From: Octopus sinensis
Lineage: Eukaryota
Direction of reading: 5' to 3'
Assembly: GCF_006345805.1 (NCBI RefSeq)
Contig: NC_043024.1
Coordinates: 3,968,001 to 4,032,000, forward strand
DNA length: 64,000 bases
The notes under the pieces are model-generated. The model was not told the DNA's origin, made no database searches, and saw only the letters and a program-made list of their open reading frames with translations. Position 1 is the first letter of the stretch; each line of letters opens with the position of its first letter. Below, piece after piece: positions 53,158 to 61,505 of the stretch. The position numbers and the translations under genes were made by a program.

Positions 53158-55797
53158 CGGGAAGGTTTACGAAAATAAACAAAAGACGAAGGCAGGTGGA
53201 GTACAAACAAACAAACAAATGTATTAGTATGGCGCTCAGGAATAGAAATAGAACAAGTCTTTTACGTTTCGAGCCTATGCTCTTCGACAGAAAGATACAC
53301 AGAAAAGAAACAAGGAGAGAAAAAAATTGCGTGTAGGGGCTGATGATCCAACATGGCGTTCTAGCCGTCTTCTATTAAGTCAGTATATTTCAACAGAATT
53401 ATGGTAATGAAAGGGTTAAATATTACAAGTTTTAACCTACTGCCTGCCATGAGCCCCATTTGGGGATCTGTTAAAAACAGTCTCACTCCCGGTTGTTCAT
53501 TAAATTTAAAGTGAATTATGCACATTCCATTTGCAGAGGTGTGTTTAACAATATTTAGTAATTAACCCTTTAGCGTTCAAATTAATATGTCAGAAGTAAT
53601 CCTTATTCATTTACATTTAAAAAAATTTATTTGATATTATCTTGTAGCTTCAAGATTTGAAAGATGTAATTGTTTATTTTTAGAATGACATTGCAGGGTA
53701 GGTGTGAGATGCTGGTTCTGGCCAGTTTGAGCATAAAATGAGTAGAATATTCGGGCCGGATATAGCCGGTTTAAACACTGAAGGGTTAAAGATTGTCGTT
53801 ATTAGTTCTGGCTAATTCTAGAGGACATTTTATGTCATAAATCGCAATCTTCGAACCACAAAAATATTGACTGTTTTAAAAACGTTTTGCTTTTTTTTTA
53901 GTTTTTAGATTTCCCATCGATATCATTCATTGATATTTCATACACATCAAATCAAATCAAAATAGATGAACATCAATGGAATTTGTATCTTTGTGGTACC
54001 AGTGCCGGTGGCACATAAGAAAACCATCCGAACGTGACCGTAGCCAGTACCGCATCGACTGGCCTCCGTGCTGTGGGCATGTAACAAACACCATCCGATC
54101 GTGGCCGTTCGCCAGCCTTGTCTGGCACCTGTGTCGGTGTCACATAAAAAACACCATCCGAGCATGGCAGTCTGCCAGCCTCGTCTGGCACCTGTGTCGG
54201 TGTCACATAAAAAACACCATCCGAGCGTGGCCGTCTGCCAGCCTCGTCTGGCACCTGTGTCGGTGTCACATAAAAAACACCATCTGAGCATGGCCGTCTG
54301 CCAGCCTCGTCTGGCACCTGTGTCGGTGTCGTCACATAAAAAACACCATCCGAGCGTGGCCGTCTGCCAGCCTCGTCTGGCACCTGTGTCGGTGTGGCAC
54401 TAAAAACACCATCCGAGCGTGGCCGTCTGCCAGCCTCGTCTGGCACCTGTGTCGGTGTCACATAACAAACACCATCGAGCGTGGCCGTCTGCCAGCCTCG
54501 TCTGGCACCTGTGTCGGTGTCACATAACAAACACCATCGAGCGTGGCCGTCTGCCAGCCTTCGTCTGGCACCGTGCGGTGTCACATAAAAAACACCATCC
54601 GACGTGGCCGTCTGCCAGCCTCGTCTGGCACCTGTGTCGGTGTCACATAAAAAACACCATCCGAGCGTGGCCGTCTGCCAGCTCGTCTGGCACCTGTGTC
54701 GGTGTCACATAAAAAACACCATCCGAGCGTGGCCGTCTGCCAGCCTCGTCTGGCACCTGTGTCGGTGGCACATAAAATCACCCACTACACTCTCGGAGTG
54801 GTTGGCGTTAGGAAGGGGATCCAGCTGTAGAAACACTGCCAGATCTGACTGGCCTGGTGCAGCCTTCGGGCTCCCCAGACCCCAGTTGAACCGTCCAACC
54901 CATGCTAGAATCGAAAGCGGACGTTAAACGATGATGATGATGATTCACATTTGATACTATAGTTTCAAAAAAAACTAAAATGTTTATTATTGCAATGGAA
55001 TAGAAAAGGGATAACTACACGTTTTTTTCGGCAACTCCCATTTGTGACTTACTCCTTTACACATTTCGGTCATTTGACTGTGGCCATGCTGGAGCACCAG
55101 CTTTAGTTGAACAAATCAACCCCAGGTCTTATTCTTTGTAAGCCCAGTACTTATTCTATTGGTGTCCTTTGCCGAACTGCTAAGTTTCAGGGACATAAAC
55201 ACACCAACATCAGTTGTCAAACGATGGTGAGGGGACAGACACACACACACGAATATGTATAATGGGCTTCTTTCAGTTTCCTACAAAATCTACCAAATCC
55301 ACTCACAAGGCTTTGGTCAGCCGGAGGCTATAGTAGAAGACACTTGCCCAAGGTGCCATGCAGTGGGACTGAACCCGGAACCATGTAGTTGGGAAGCAAG
55401 CTTCTTATCACAAGGCCACGTCTGCACCTACGATATATCATATAGGCTCTCTTTCCCTTTTTTTTTTGTCTTTTGTCCCCAATTTCCTTAGAGGGGCCTA
55501 AATTGGGGTCCTGAAATCTGTTGTTAAATTGCCAAAATTTCTATGCCCTCACATCCTGATTTGTCTTTTCTTTTGTTTCAGGACAGTGAAGCTCATTTGA
55601 AATCCTGGACCGAATTGCTCTGTGCCATTCTTCGACTGTTCCAAGAACTACCAGATCATAAATTCTATGCCCTGCTGCCGACCGTCTTCAACTGTCTCAA
55701 CCAGTTAGTGTGCCACTCTCGAGAACAACGCCTGAACGATGCCCTGGCACAGTGGCTCCACCGAGTCGGACACTTAGTCGGAATCAATCCTTTGTAA
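831..55797 (+). CDS. ARFGEF3: ARFGEF3/BIG3 (brefeldin A-inhibited guanine nucleotide-exchange protein 3) orthologue; 3' 15 coding exons, 5' part lies upstream of the window
   Basis: Spliced exons give one open frame of 3799 nt ending in TAA at 55795-55797. Motifs match vertebrate BIG3 as I recall it: [70 protein letters not shown] and the C-terminal W...L...LP...F.AL.P.VF.C..QL.CH. Confidence 0.93.
1176..1432. repeat. (CT)n-rich polypyrimidine tract
   Basis: Read directly; source of the spurious RE/SL-rich ORFs. Confidence 0.95.
1700..2125 (-). mobile_element. CORE-like tRNA-SINE, full-length copy
   Basis: Same family; other near-full copies at about 35625-36012 (-), 36478-36870 (+), 38545-38955 (-), 44636-45035 (+), 47735-48135 (-), 49348-49735 (-), 52210-52600 (+) and 55050-55430 (-). 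Confidence 0.8.
2173..2361 (+). CDS. ARFGEF3: ARFGEF3 exon (...[23 protein letters not shown])
   Basis: Acceptor ttccag|T; donor CG|gtaaaa; in frame with both neighbours; not in the ORF track. Confidence 0.85.
2520..3020 (-). mobile_element. RTE-associated 3'-end element with a (GAT)n tail; about 20 copies in the window
   Basis: Motif ggcgttaggaagggcatccagc...ggacg[c/t]taaacgatgatgatg; copies are variably 5'-truncated, for example 23783-24272 (+), 39373-39815 (-) and 57550-57945 (+). Confidence 0.7.
4178..4442 (+). CDS. ARFGEF3: ARFGEF3 exon ([18 protein letters not shown]...STHLVE)
   Basis: Acceptor tttag|T; donor GAG|gtaaat; overlaps ORF 4107..4580. Confidence 0.92.
4840..5770. mobile_element. 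Tandem array of four piggyBac-like MITEs, period about 242 bp
   Basis: Each unit runs TTAA-CCCTTTTGTTACCA...TGGTATCAAAAGGG-TTAA; units are separated by attaataatttg. Confidence 0.8.
5865..6044 (+). CDS. ARFGEF3: ARFGEF3 exon ([14 protein letters not shown]...DVQDQ)
   Basis: Acceptor ttcag|G; donor CAG|gtaaga; 180 nt, phase 0 to 0. Confidence 0.93.
6203..6760 (+). repeat. 25-bp minisatellite (aacacctgtgctggtgccacataag), about 22 copies, inside an RTE-tail element
   Basis: Period read directly (6243, 6268). Confidence 0.93.
7771..8026 (+). CDS. ARFGEF3: ARFGEF3 exon ([10 protein letters not shown]...SGWRPLF...KYVRGP)
   Basis: Acceptor tttcag|G; donor CAG|gtaagt. Confidence 0.93.
9518..9689 (+). 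CDS. ARFGEF3: ARFGEF3 exon (GEFEC...[12 protein letters not shown]...PIFNSAHR)
   Basis: Acceptor ttccag|G; donor CAG|gtatgt; phase 1 to 2. Confidence 0.9.
11671..11879. mobile_element. Degenerate hAT/Charlie-like MITE
   Basis: Ends cagcagtccccaac and gttgggaacccctg; subterminal cgacccc/ggggtcg; no clean 8-bp TSD. Confidence 0.45.
12585..13725 (-). mobile_element. CORE-like tRNA-SINE with internal (TA/TG)n; one full copy plus four extra tandem heads (period about 186 bp)
   Basis: Head aggagtggctgtgtggtaag...ggttcagtccc, CORE-like ccttgggcaagt, tail ...gactgaaacaagtaaaagag; more than 20 full or partial copies in the window. Confidence 0.8.
13800..14317 (+). CDS. ARFGEF3: ARFGEF3 exon ([13 protein letters not shown]...[20 protein letters not shown])
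   Basis: Acceptor tttcag|G; donor CAG|gtgagt; overlaps ORF 13786..14535. Confidence 0.92.
14332..15110 (-). repeat. 5 x about 161-bp tandem array of the RTE-like tail, starting just after an exon donor
   Basis: Units are joined by agtcactaaacctcatccgtt and continue into a longer element to about 15570. Confidence 0.9.
16124..16540 (-). mobile_element. Same SINE family, dimer; monomers near 11203-11431, 18625-18846, 27705-27937 and 62460-62888
   Basis: Reverse complement of the 37443 element; the 18625 copy has TSD ttcttctactata. Confidence 0.8.
16786..16956 (+). CDS. ARFGEF3: ARFGEF3 exon ([15 protein letters not shown]...WLRRS...NFK)
   Basis: Acceptor ttcag|G; donor CAG|gtaaga; phase 1 to 1. 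Confidence 0.92.
19326..19443 (+). CDS. ARFGEF3: ARFGEF3 exon (DHKNEKMLE...[19 protein letters not shown])
   Basis: Acceptor ttatag|A; donor CAG|gtattt; phase 1 to 2. Confidence 0.9.
19570..19655 (-). ncRNA. Minimal type I hammerhead ribozyme motif
   Basis: Minus strand reads TTGG-CTGAAGA-GCACT...AGTGC-GAAA-CAATTG-TA-CCAA: full core, stems I and II, palindromic stem III. Confidence 0.75.
19783..19975. repeat. Inverted repeat (about 75-bp arms, about 40-bp spacer); duplicated near 20358-20545
   Basis: ttattataataagggtta...gcagccaaaa pairs with ttttggctgc...taacccttattataataa. Confidence 0.9.
20149..20230 (-). ncRNA. Second copy of the hammerhead motif, stem I damaged
   Basis: Part of the 579-bp tandem duplication; core kept, but plus-strand ccaa is reduced to ca. 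Confidence 0.5.
20672..20980 (-). mobile_element. tRNA-headed SINE, fourth family
   Basis: Head ggaggcgcaatggcccagtggttagg...gtttcgattccc; related copies at 8225-8465 (-) and 9158-9460 (+). Confidence 0.7.
21210..21438 (+). CDS. ARFGEF3: ARFGEF3 exon ([15 protein letters not shown]...LRQLAQQ)
   Basis: Acceptor ttacag|A; donor CAG|gtaacg; phase 2 to 0. Confidence 0.92.
22155..22500. repeat. Interrupted (TA)n tract; a similar tract punctuated by gatcga lies at 24273-24580
   Basis: Read directly. Confidence 0.95.
23138..23286 (+). CDS. ARFGEF3: ARFGEF3 exon (VFLLDSQ...SYIFLLYPP...HLVTR)
   Basis: Acceptor tttcag|G; donor CAG|gtaggt; phase 0 to 2. Confidence 0.9.
23385..23615. repeat. (CTA/CCA)n trinucleotide tract
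   Basis: Read directly; source of the spurious poly-L, poly-S and poly-V ORFs. Confidence 0.9.
25269..25456 (-). mobile_element. Mariner transposase 3' fragment plus TIR
   Basis: Minus strand encodes [30 protein letters not shown]; TIR ta-ttgggttggcaagaaagtaatttcggtttt. Confidence 0.85.
25925..26260 (-). mobile_element. tRNA-headed SINE, third family (body gtgttcttgagcaagacacttt)
   Basis: Head ggctcagtggttagagcg...gagttcgaatccc; copies at 1508-1660 (+) and 51635-51890 (-). Confidence 0.7.
27965..32873. repeat. 35-bp satellite, about 140 copies (catccatatataagc[a/c]tttgtaatatacacaaaca)
   Basis: Read directly; it explains the long spurious minus-strand ORFs at 27862-32856. Confidence 0.98.
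32961..33226 (+). CDS. ARFGEF3: ARFGEF3 exon ([18 protein letters not shown]...Q/S-rich...PLP), ends at a GC donor
   Basis: Acceptor ttgcag|G; best phase-1 donor is CAG|gcaagt at 33226/33227. Confidence 0.85.
33245..33410. repeat. About 17-bp minisatellite (aatcatgttctaccccg) filling most of the GC-AG intron
   Basis: Read directly. Confidence 0.85.
33456..34049 (+). CDS. ARFGEF3: ARFGEF3 exon (MLPYLSTRN...[10 protein letters not shown]...TQPAE)
   Basis: Acceptor tttcag|G; donor AAG|gtaagt; ORF 33458..34063. Confidence 0.93.
37140..37998 (-). mobile_element. RTE-clade LINE 3' fragment interrupted by a SINE
   Basis: Removing the SINE gives [10 protein letters not shown]...WYGHVLHM...[27 protein letters not shown]...DRGLWR, a typical RTE ORF C-terminus. 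Confidence 0.8.
37443..37855 (+). mobile_element. tRNA-headed SINE with a Deu/Nin-like central domain, dimeric body, 15-bp TSD
   Basis: A-box-like tggcagaaacgttag; B-box gagttcaaattc; core gtcgactttgcctttcatcctttcggggtcgat; TSD aggttc[c/t]ttcaacag at 37428-37442 and 37856-37870. Confidence 0.8.
38138..38487 (+). CDS. ARFGEF3: ARFGEF3 exon (...[24 protein letters not shown]...SIMK)
   Basis: Acceptor tttcag|C; donor AAA|gtaaga; phase 1 to 0. Confidence 0.92.
41450..43152 (+). mobile_element. Same SINE as head + 9 x 184-bp concatemer, 13-bp TSD
   Basis: Units restart at 41496, 41680, 41863, 42046, 42233, 42417, 42601, 42785 and 42969; TSD gtattaatacaaa at 41437-41449 and 43153-43165. Confidence 0.88.
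43756..43985 (+). mobile_element. Mariner deletion derivative (MITE) in (TA)n
   Basis: TIRs ttgggttggtgcataatt and aatcatacaccaacc; internal [19 protein letters not shown] resembles a mariner C-terminus. Confidence 0.7.
44021..44369. repeat. Perfect 81-bp-arm palindrome (44021-44201) plus a second partial copy, flanked by (TA)n
   Basis: Arms 44021-44101 and 44121-44201 are exact reverse complements; the arm start tagaagaaatgaggtactc recurs near 22509. Confidence 0.92.
46460..46807 (-). mobile_element. 3' end of an R4/Dong-like non-LTR retrotransposon (restriction-like endonuclease C-terminus), pseudogenised
   Basis: Minus strand encodes ...[32 protein letters not shown]...[19 protein letters not shown] with two upstream stops; ends in a TAA-like tract. 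Confidence 0.7.
48376..48751. repeat. Fold-back element with 179-bp arms and an 18-bp spacer, flanked by (TA)n
   Basis: Arms 48376-48554 and 48573-48751 differ at about 3 positions. Confidence 0.92.
49754..49974 (+). mobile_element. Mariner-like MITE
   Basis: TIRs ctgaaaagttcctggct and agccaagaacttttcag with TA ends; residual LEKLKD...EYVE* coding trace. Confidence 0.6.
53258..53295 (-). ncRNA. Compact hammerhead-like motif (variant core)
   Basis: Minus strand reads TCTTT-CTGTCGAA-GAGC-ATAG-GCTC-GAAA-CG-TA-AAAGA; A6 is U and there is an extra A after A9. Confidence 0.55.
54089..54780 (+). repeat. 63-bp minisatellite, about 11 copies, inside an RTE-tail element; related 62-bp x4 array at 40408-40660
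   Basis: Period read directly (54152, 54215). Confidence 0.92.
55582..55797 (+). CDS. ARFGEF3: ARFGEF3 terminal coding exon ([13 protein letters not shown]...HLVGINPL*)
   Basis: Acceptor tttcag|G; stop TAA; follows a 17.1 kb intron. Confidence 0.92.
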   Translation, partial: DSEAHLKSWTELLCAILRLFQELPDHKFYALLPTVFNCLNQLVCHSREQRLNDALAQWLHRVGHLVGINPL

Positions 55798-56838
55798 CGA
55801 CTGAAACTGTTTAGGAAATAAAGAATTATTTCAGAAAACACACACACACACACAGTTACATACAAGCACACTGGCATAGATGCACACTGGTATATACTTA
55901 GGTATAGCGATACACAGGTGTACACACTCACTCATGCACACGTATACACATGTTCACAGATACACACACACACAGGTAGATACATATACAGGGACACACA
56001 TGCTTTTAGAATTTTCCTGTTGAGGAAGGACTAAAGTTGAATGAATTTTGTTCCTCGCACCCCTAATTACATTACAAAATACAGACACACGCACATTAAC
56101 AAGCATCTACACACACACACTAATCGATATATACAGTATTATAGATCCCTTTCAGCCGATCTTACCAATCGGTTTTGCACCGAGTATTAGATGACTGCAT
56201 ATTATATAGCAGTATGGTTGCATAACACCACATGCTATATGTTGGTGTGTGTGTGTGTGTGTGTGTGTGTGGTGTATATATATTATATATATATATATAT
56301 TATATATAAGAACAATCTTACTTAGAAATGGATGCGTGCGTTCCGTCATATAGTATATATATATGCGTGTATATATACATGTAGAGGTAGGTACGTATGT
56401 ATATATATATATGCATATGTTTTATTTATTAATATATATATATATACATATGAACACATTCTCACAGAAGGAAGTATATAGTCATAAGGATGCACATACT
56501 CAAGCATACATGTATACACACACATATATATTTATATACACTCCCTGATGAGGGAGGACAAAGGCTGAATGAAATTTGTTCCTTGCACCCCTAGCTACAC
56601 AACAAAATACATTCGCACACACAGACATTAACAAGCACCCAAGTACACACACACACACGATGGATCAGGATCCGGGTGCATCATTAAGGGTGGCGAACTG
56701 GCAGAAACGTTAGCACACCGGGTGGAATGCTTGCTCACACACACACACACAACAAAATATCTATTTAAAATATTTCCATTATTGAATTTTAAATTATTTA
56801 AATATATCGTTTATATTCTGGAAGACTTTTACTGCTGA

Positions 56839-56844
56839 AATAAA
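56839..56844 (+). terminator. Candidate polyadenylation signal AATAAA for ARFGEF3 (a proximal one is at 55817-55822)
   Basis: AATAAA about 1 kb after the stop, followed by a T-rich tract near 56908-56943. Confidence 0.35.
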
Positions 56845-58212
56845 AGTTATCGAGCAGATCTCCACATTGGGATTGAACCCGTGTACTAGTATTCATTAGC
56901 ATGCTGCTTTTCATTTTTTTTTTATTTATTTATTTTTTTTTTTGATGGGTTAAAGAACCTCTTCCATTAACACAATTCCGGTATGTGTGTGTGTGTGTGT
57001 GTGGAGGGAATACTCAGAATGGTGTGAGACGTTATGGCATAGCCTTTTCGGCACAGCCTTTTTGGCACGGCCTATTCGGTGCCAGTGAATCGATGCTGAC
57101 TTACTTGACATTAGACATTTTAATGTTTCCCTTGTTCTCTCTCTTCTTTCTCTCTCCCTCATTCTCAGTTAACCCTTTAGTGTTTAAACCGACCATATCA
57201 AACCAAATCTGTCTTCCTGTTTTATGCTCAAATCAGCCAGCTCTGACCTCTCACACCTACCCTACAAAGTCATTCTAAATATAAACAGGCACATCATCAA
57301 AATCTCAGAGTTACAAGATGCTGTCCAATTAATTTAAAACAATGTAATTAAACAGGCTTTACATTTGACAGATTAATCTGAATACTAAAGGATTAACCAT
57401 GTCTGCACATCTAGTTATGTTTGTATGCATATGTAAATCTCTCTCTCTCCCTGTTATCTTTGTGTGTGTAAATCTCTCTCTGCCTCTGAATGTATTTGTA
57501 AATCTCTCCCTCTCATCCTTTCTCCTTCTCTCTGTGTCTGTTATGTTTGAATGGGACACAAAACTCTACTCGTGAAGACCTGTTGAGGCAAGTGAAAATC
57601 AGAATCGAAATTGATCAACATCAATGGAAATTGTAGCTGTGATACCAGTGCCGGTGGCACGTAAGAGAACCATCCGAACATGGCCATAGCCAGTGCCGCA
57701 TCGACTGGCCTCCGTGCCGTTGGCACGTAACAAACGCCATCCGAACGTGGCCGTTCGCCAGCCTCGTCTGGCACCTGTGTCGGTGGCACACAAAAAGCAC
57801 CCACAACACTCACGGAGTGGTTGGCATTAGGAAGGGCATCCAGCTGTAGAAACACTGCCAGATCTGACTGGGTCCTGGTGCAGCCTTCTGGCTTCCCAGA
57901 CCCCAGTTGAACCGCATGGAAAGCGGACGTTAAACGATGATGATGATATGTGTAAACCTCTGTCTCTCTCTCTTATCTTCTCTCTCTCATATTTGCATGT
58001 GTGTGTACATCTCTCTCTTTCTCTCTCTCTCTCTCATATTTGTATGCATAAATATCTCCTTGCTCTCTCTCCCTTTATCACTTTCTGCCTCTGAATGTAT
58101 ATGTAAATCTCTCCTCTCTCTCTCTCTGTCTGTTATGTGTAAATCTAGTCCTCTCTCCCTCTGTTACATTGGTATGTATGTGTAATCTCTCTCTCTCTCT
58201 CATCTTTGTATT

Positions 58213-58250
<38 letters not shown>

Positions 58251-58310
58251 ATTTGTATGTATGTATAAATCTCTCCTCTCTCTCTCCTCTCATTCTGTCT
58301 TATTTTTTAA

Positions 58311-58980
58311 CTAGCAGTATCGCCCGGCGTTGCTCGGGTTTGTAAGGGAAATAACTATATAAGCATTTTTAGAGTTATAGCCAAAAAATAGCAAAAAAAT
58401 GATGTAAAATTTTTTTTAAATCGTAGACGCATCGTAGACATTTTTAGAGAGTTACTTCCCTTATATAATAGCGAAAAAATGCCTTAAAATGGAAAAAATG
58501 ATGGTAAATTATTTTTACAAATCGTAGACTCATCGTAGACATTTTTAGAGTATCTCCCTTTATATAATAGCAAATGCATTAAAATGGACAAAAAATGATG
58601 GTAATTATTTTTAAAATCGTAGACTCATCGTAGACATTTTTAGAGAGTATTCCCTTATATAATAGCAAAAAGCATTAAAATGGAAAAAATGATGGTAATT
58701 ATTTTTAAAATCGTAGACTCATCAATGAGACATTTTTTTAGAGAGTTAACTTTTCCCTTATATAATAGCGAAAAAAATGCATTAAACTGGAAAAAATGAT
58801 GGTAAATTATTTTTAAAATCGTAGACTCATTGTAGATGCGCGCTAATACCCAGAAGGGCTTGATATGAATCATGACTATAAGATACCCGGTTTTGGTTAA
58901 ACTGCACCGCAAAATGTGGGAGTAGTTAGGAATCTAAATCGTAGGAGACAGACACACAACCTCACTTTTATATATAAGGA
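58311..58980 (-). mobile_element. Non-autonomous Helitron
   Basis: Minus strand starts A|TCCTTATATATAAAAG and ends with hairpin CCCG-AGCAACGC-CGGG then CTAG|T; internal tandem repeats of about 100 bp; a similar 3' end lies at 21008-21040. Confidence 0.8.
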
Positions 58981-59413
58981 TGTATGTGTAAATGTCTCTC
59001 TACCACTCTCTGTCTCTTATCATTGTATGTATGTATAAACTTCTCCCTCCCTCCCTCCCTCTCTCCTTTTCTTTCTCCCTCTCTCTCATTTCCTGCCTCT
59101 GAACTGTATGTGTAAATCTCTGTTCCTCTCTCTCTCACCTTCTCTCTATTATCTTTGTATGTGTGTGTGTGTGTAAATATCTCTCTCTCTCTCTTTCTCT
59201 CTCATATTTGTATGTATGAATATCTCCTCACTCTCTCTCCCTCTCTCTCTCTCTCTCTCTTCTCACTTCCTGCCTCTGAATGTATGTGTAAATCTCTCCC
59301 TCTCCCTCCCTTTCCCTCTGTTACATTTCTATGTATGTGTAATGTCTCTCTCTCTTTCTTTCTCTTTCTTTCTTTCTTTCTTTCTCTTTCTTTCTCTCTT
59401 TCTCACCCTCTCT

Positions 59414-59448
<35 letters not shown>

Positions 59449-59904
59449 ACTCTCTCTCTCTAATGAGATGATTGGGCACCACTGGTTTGATGCAGGCAAT
59501 TTGACACGGTTCACTGGACTTTTAAGCTTGTTCCGGTGCTGGAGGCAGATGCAGACACACACACACTCGTGAGGAGGACATGTAGAAATATATACACACG
59601 CAGAGAGAGGGGGACAGAGAGAGAGGAAGGCGAGAGAGAGACGTTACAGATTTATTCAGACATAATGAGAGACTCACCCACACAGAGGAGTAGGGAGAGG
59701 AGAGGGAGAGGGGAGGGAGAGGGGAGGGACAGGCAGTCCATACATAACAGAAGTAAACACTCACAATGCATAGACAGAGAATTACACATAAGTAAAAAGA
59801 CAAGTAGATGCTCAGAGAGAGAGAGAGAGAGAGAAAGACTGAGACAAAGGTGAGAGGGAGAGAGAGAGAGAGACTTTACAGTTACATACAAACAGCTAGA
59901 GGCT

Positions 59905-59938
<34 letters not shown>

Positions 59939-60125
59939 CTTTGCACATACATACAAACTACATGCTCACAGGGAGAAAGAAAGAGGAAGACACACAGAGA
60001 GATGAGAGAGAGACATTACACATATAAATATATAATATATATATATAATAAAATATTAGGGAATAAATCCAAACTTACAGGGAAAAATCAGATTTAGGAT
60101 TGAATCCAATTTTATAGTAAAATAT

Positions 60126-60507
60126 TATATTATATTAAATTAGAGATAAAACCACTATTAGGCAAATCATACAATGAAAAACTTAAGCCAATACATAAGA
60201 TTAATTAATTTATATTATTTAAATATATAACAAATTTATTAAAAAAATATAATTAATATCACACTACGATCGTTTCATGCCTGCTAACATCTTCAAATTT
60301 TTGAGTCGCAGTCATTCTTCAGGTGGTTTAAATATTTAGTTCATCGCTAAGTTAAATATTTAAACCACCTGAAGAATAACTCAAAATTTTTTAATAATTT
60401 TGTTATATATTTAAATAATATAAATTAATTAATCTTATGTATTGGCTTAAGTTTTTCATTGTATGATTTGCCTAATAGTGGTTTTATCTCTAATTTAATA
60501 TAATATA
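60126..60507. mobile_element. Fold-back element, probable Penelope-like inverted pseudo-LTR remnant
   Basis: About 120-bp outer arms, an inner inverted repeat near 60300-60386, a hammerhead core and TA-rich flanks; the end motif aattagaga-aa-accac also occurs near 4778 and 35560. Confidence 0.6.
60262..60325 (-). ncRNA. Minimal type I hammerhead ribozyme motif inside a fold-back element
   Basis: Minus strand reads CAC-CTGAAGA-ATGACTGC...GCAGGCAT-GAAA-CGATCG-TA-GTG. Confidence 0.65.
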
Positions 60508-61230
60508 TATATATATTGGCCTGCTCACTTAGCCAGCGGTGTGGCATAATTTGAAGGCTAAAACAATGCGAAGCGCATTGTGACCAGCGATGTGTAGCAA
60601 CATCTGATAGCCCGGTCGATAACGGTGGTCACGGTATCACAAACATAACTAGAAGTTCACTGAGAGACAGAGACTTCCCAACCACATGGTTCTGGGTTCA
60701 GTCCTACTGCATGGTAGTACCTTCGGTAAGTGACTTCTACTGTAGCCTCAGGCGAACCAAAGCCTTGTGAGAGGATTTTGCAAGCGGAAACTGAAAGAAG
60801 CCCATCGTATATATATATGGGTGTATGTGTGTCCACCATTGCTCGACAACGGATGTTGATGTATTTATATGTCCCTGTAACTTAGCAGTTCGGTAAAAGA
60901 AACCAATAGAATAAGTACTAGGCTTACAAAATCCTCGGGTCAATTCATTTGACTAAAGGTGGTGCTCCAGCATGGCCACAGTCAAATGACTGAAACAAGT
61001 AAAAGAATACAAACATAAGACGTTCAAAGGGAAAGTAAAAGACATTACATACATACATACATACAAACATAGCCAGATGCTTGCAGAGACAGACAGACAG
61101 ACAAGGACAGAAGTGGCTTCCCAACCACATGGTTCTAGGTTCAGTCCCACTGCATGGCACCTTGGGCAAGTGTCTTCTATTATAGCCACAGGCCAACCAA
61201 AGCCTTGTGAGTGGATTTGGTAGACAGAAA

Positions 61231-61273
<43 letters not shown>

Positions 61274-61474
61274 ATTTTTTTTTACTTGTTTCAGTCAGTT
61301 GATTGTGGCCATGCTGGAGCACCACCTTTAGTCAAGCAAATCAACCCCAGGACTTATTCTTTGTAAGCCTAGTACTTGTTCTATAGGCCTCTTTTGCCAA
61401 AGTTACAGGGACATAAACACACCAGCATCGGTTGTCAACCGATGTTGAGGAGACAAACACAGACACATGAACAT

Positions 61475-61505
<31 letters not shown>

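Noticed and set aside
56544-56590. CTGATGA...GAAA as a hammerhead, or TGATGA/CTGA as a C/D snoRNA
   Set aside because: No stem II or stem III pairing, and the boxes are too close together for a snoRNA
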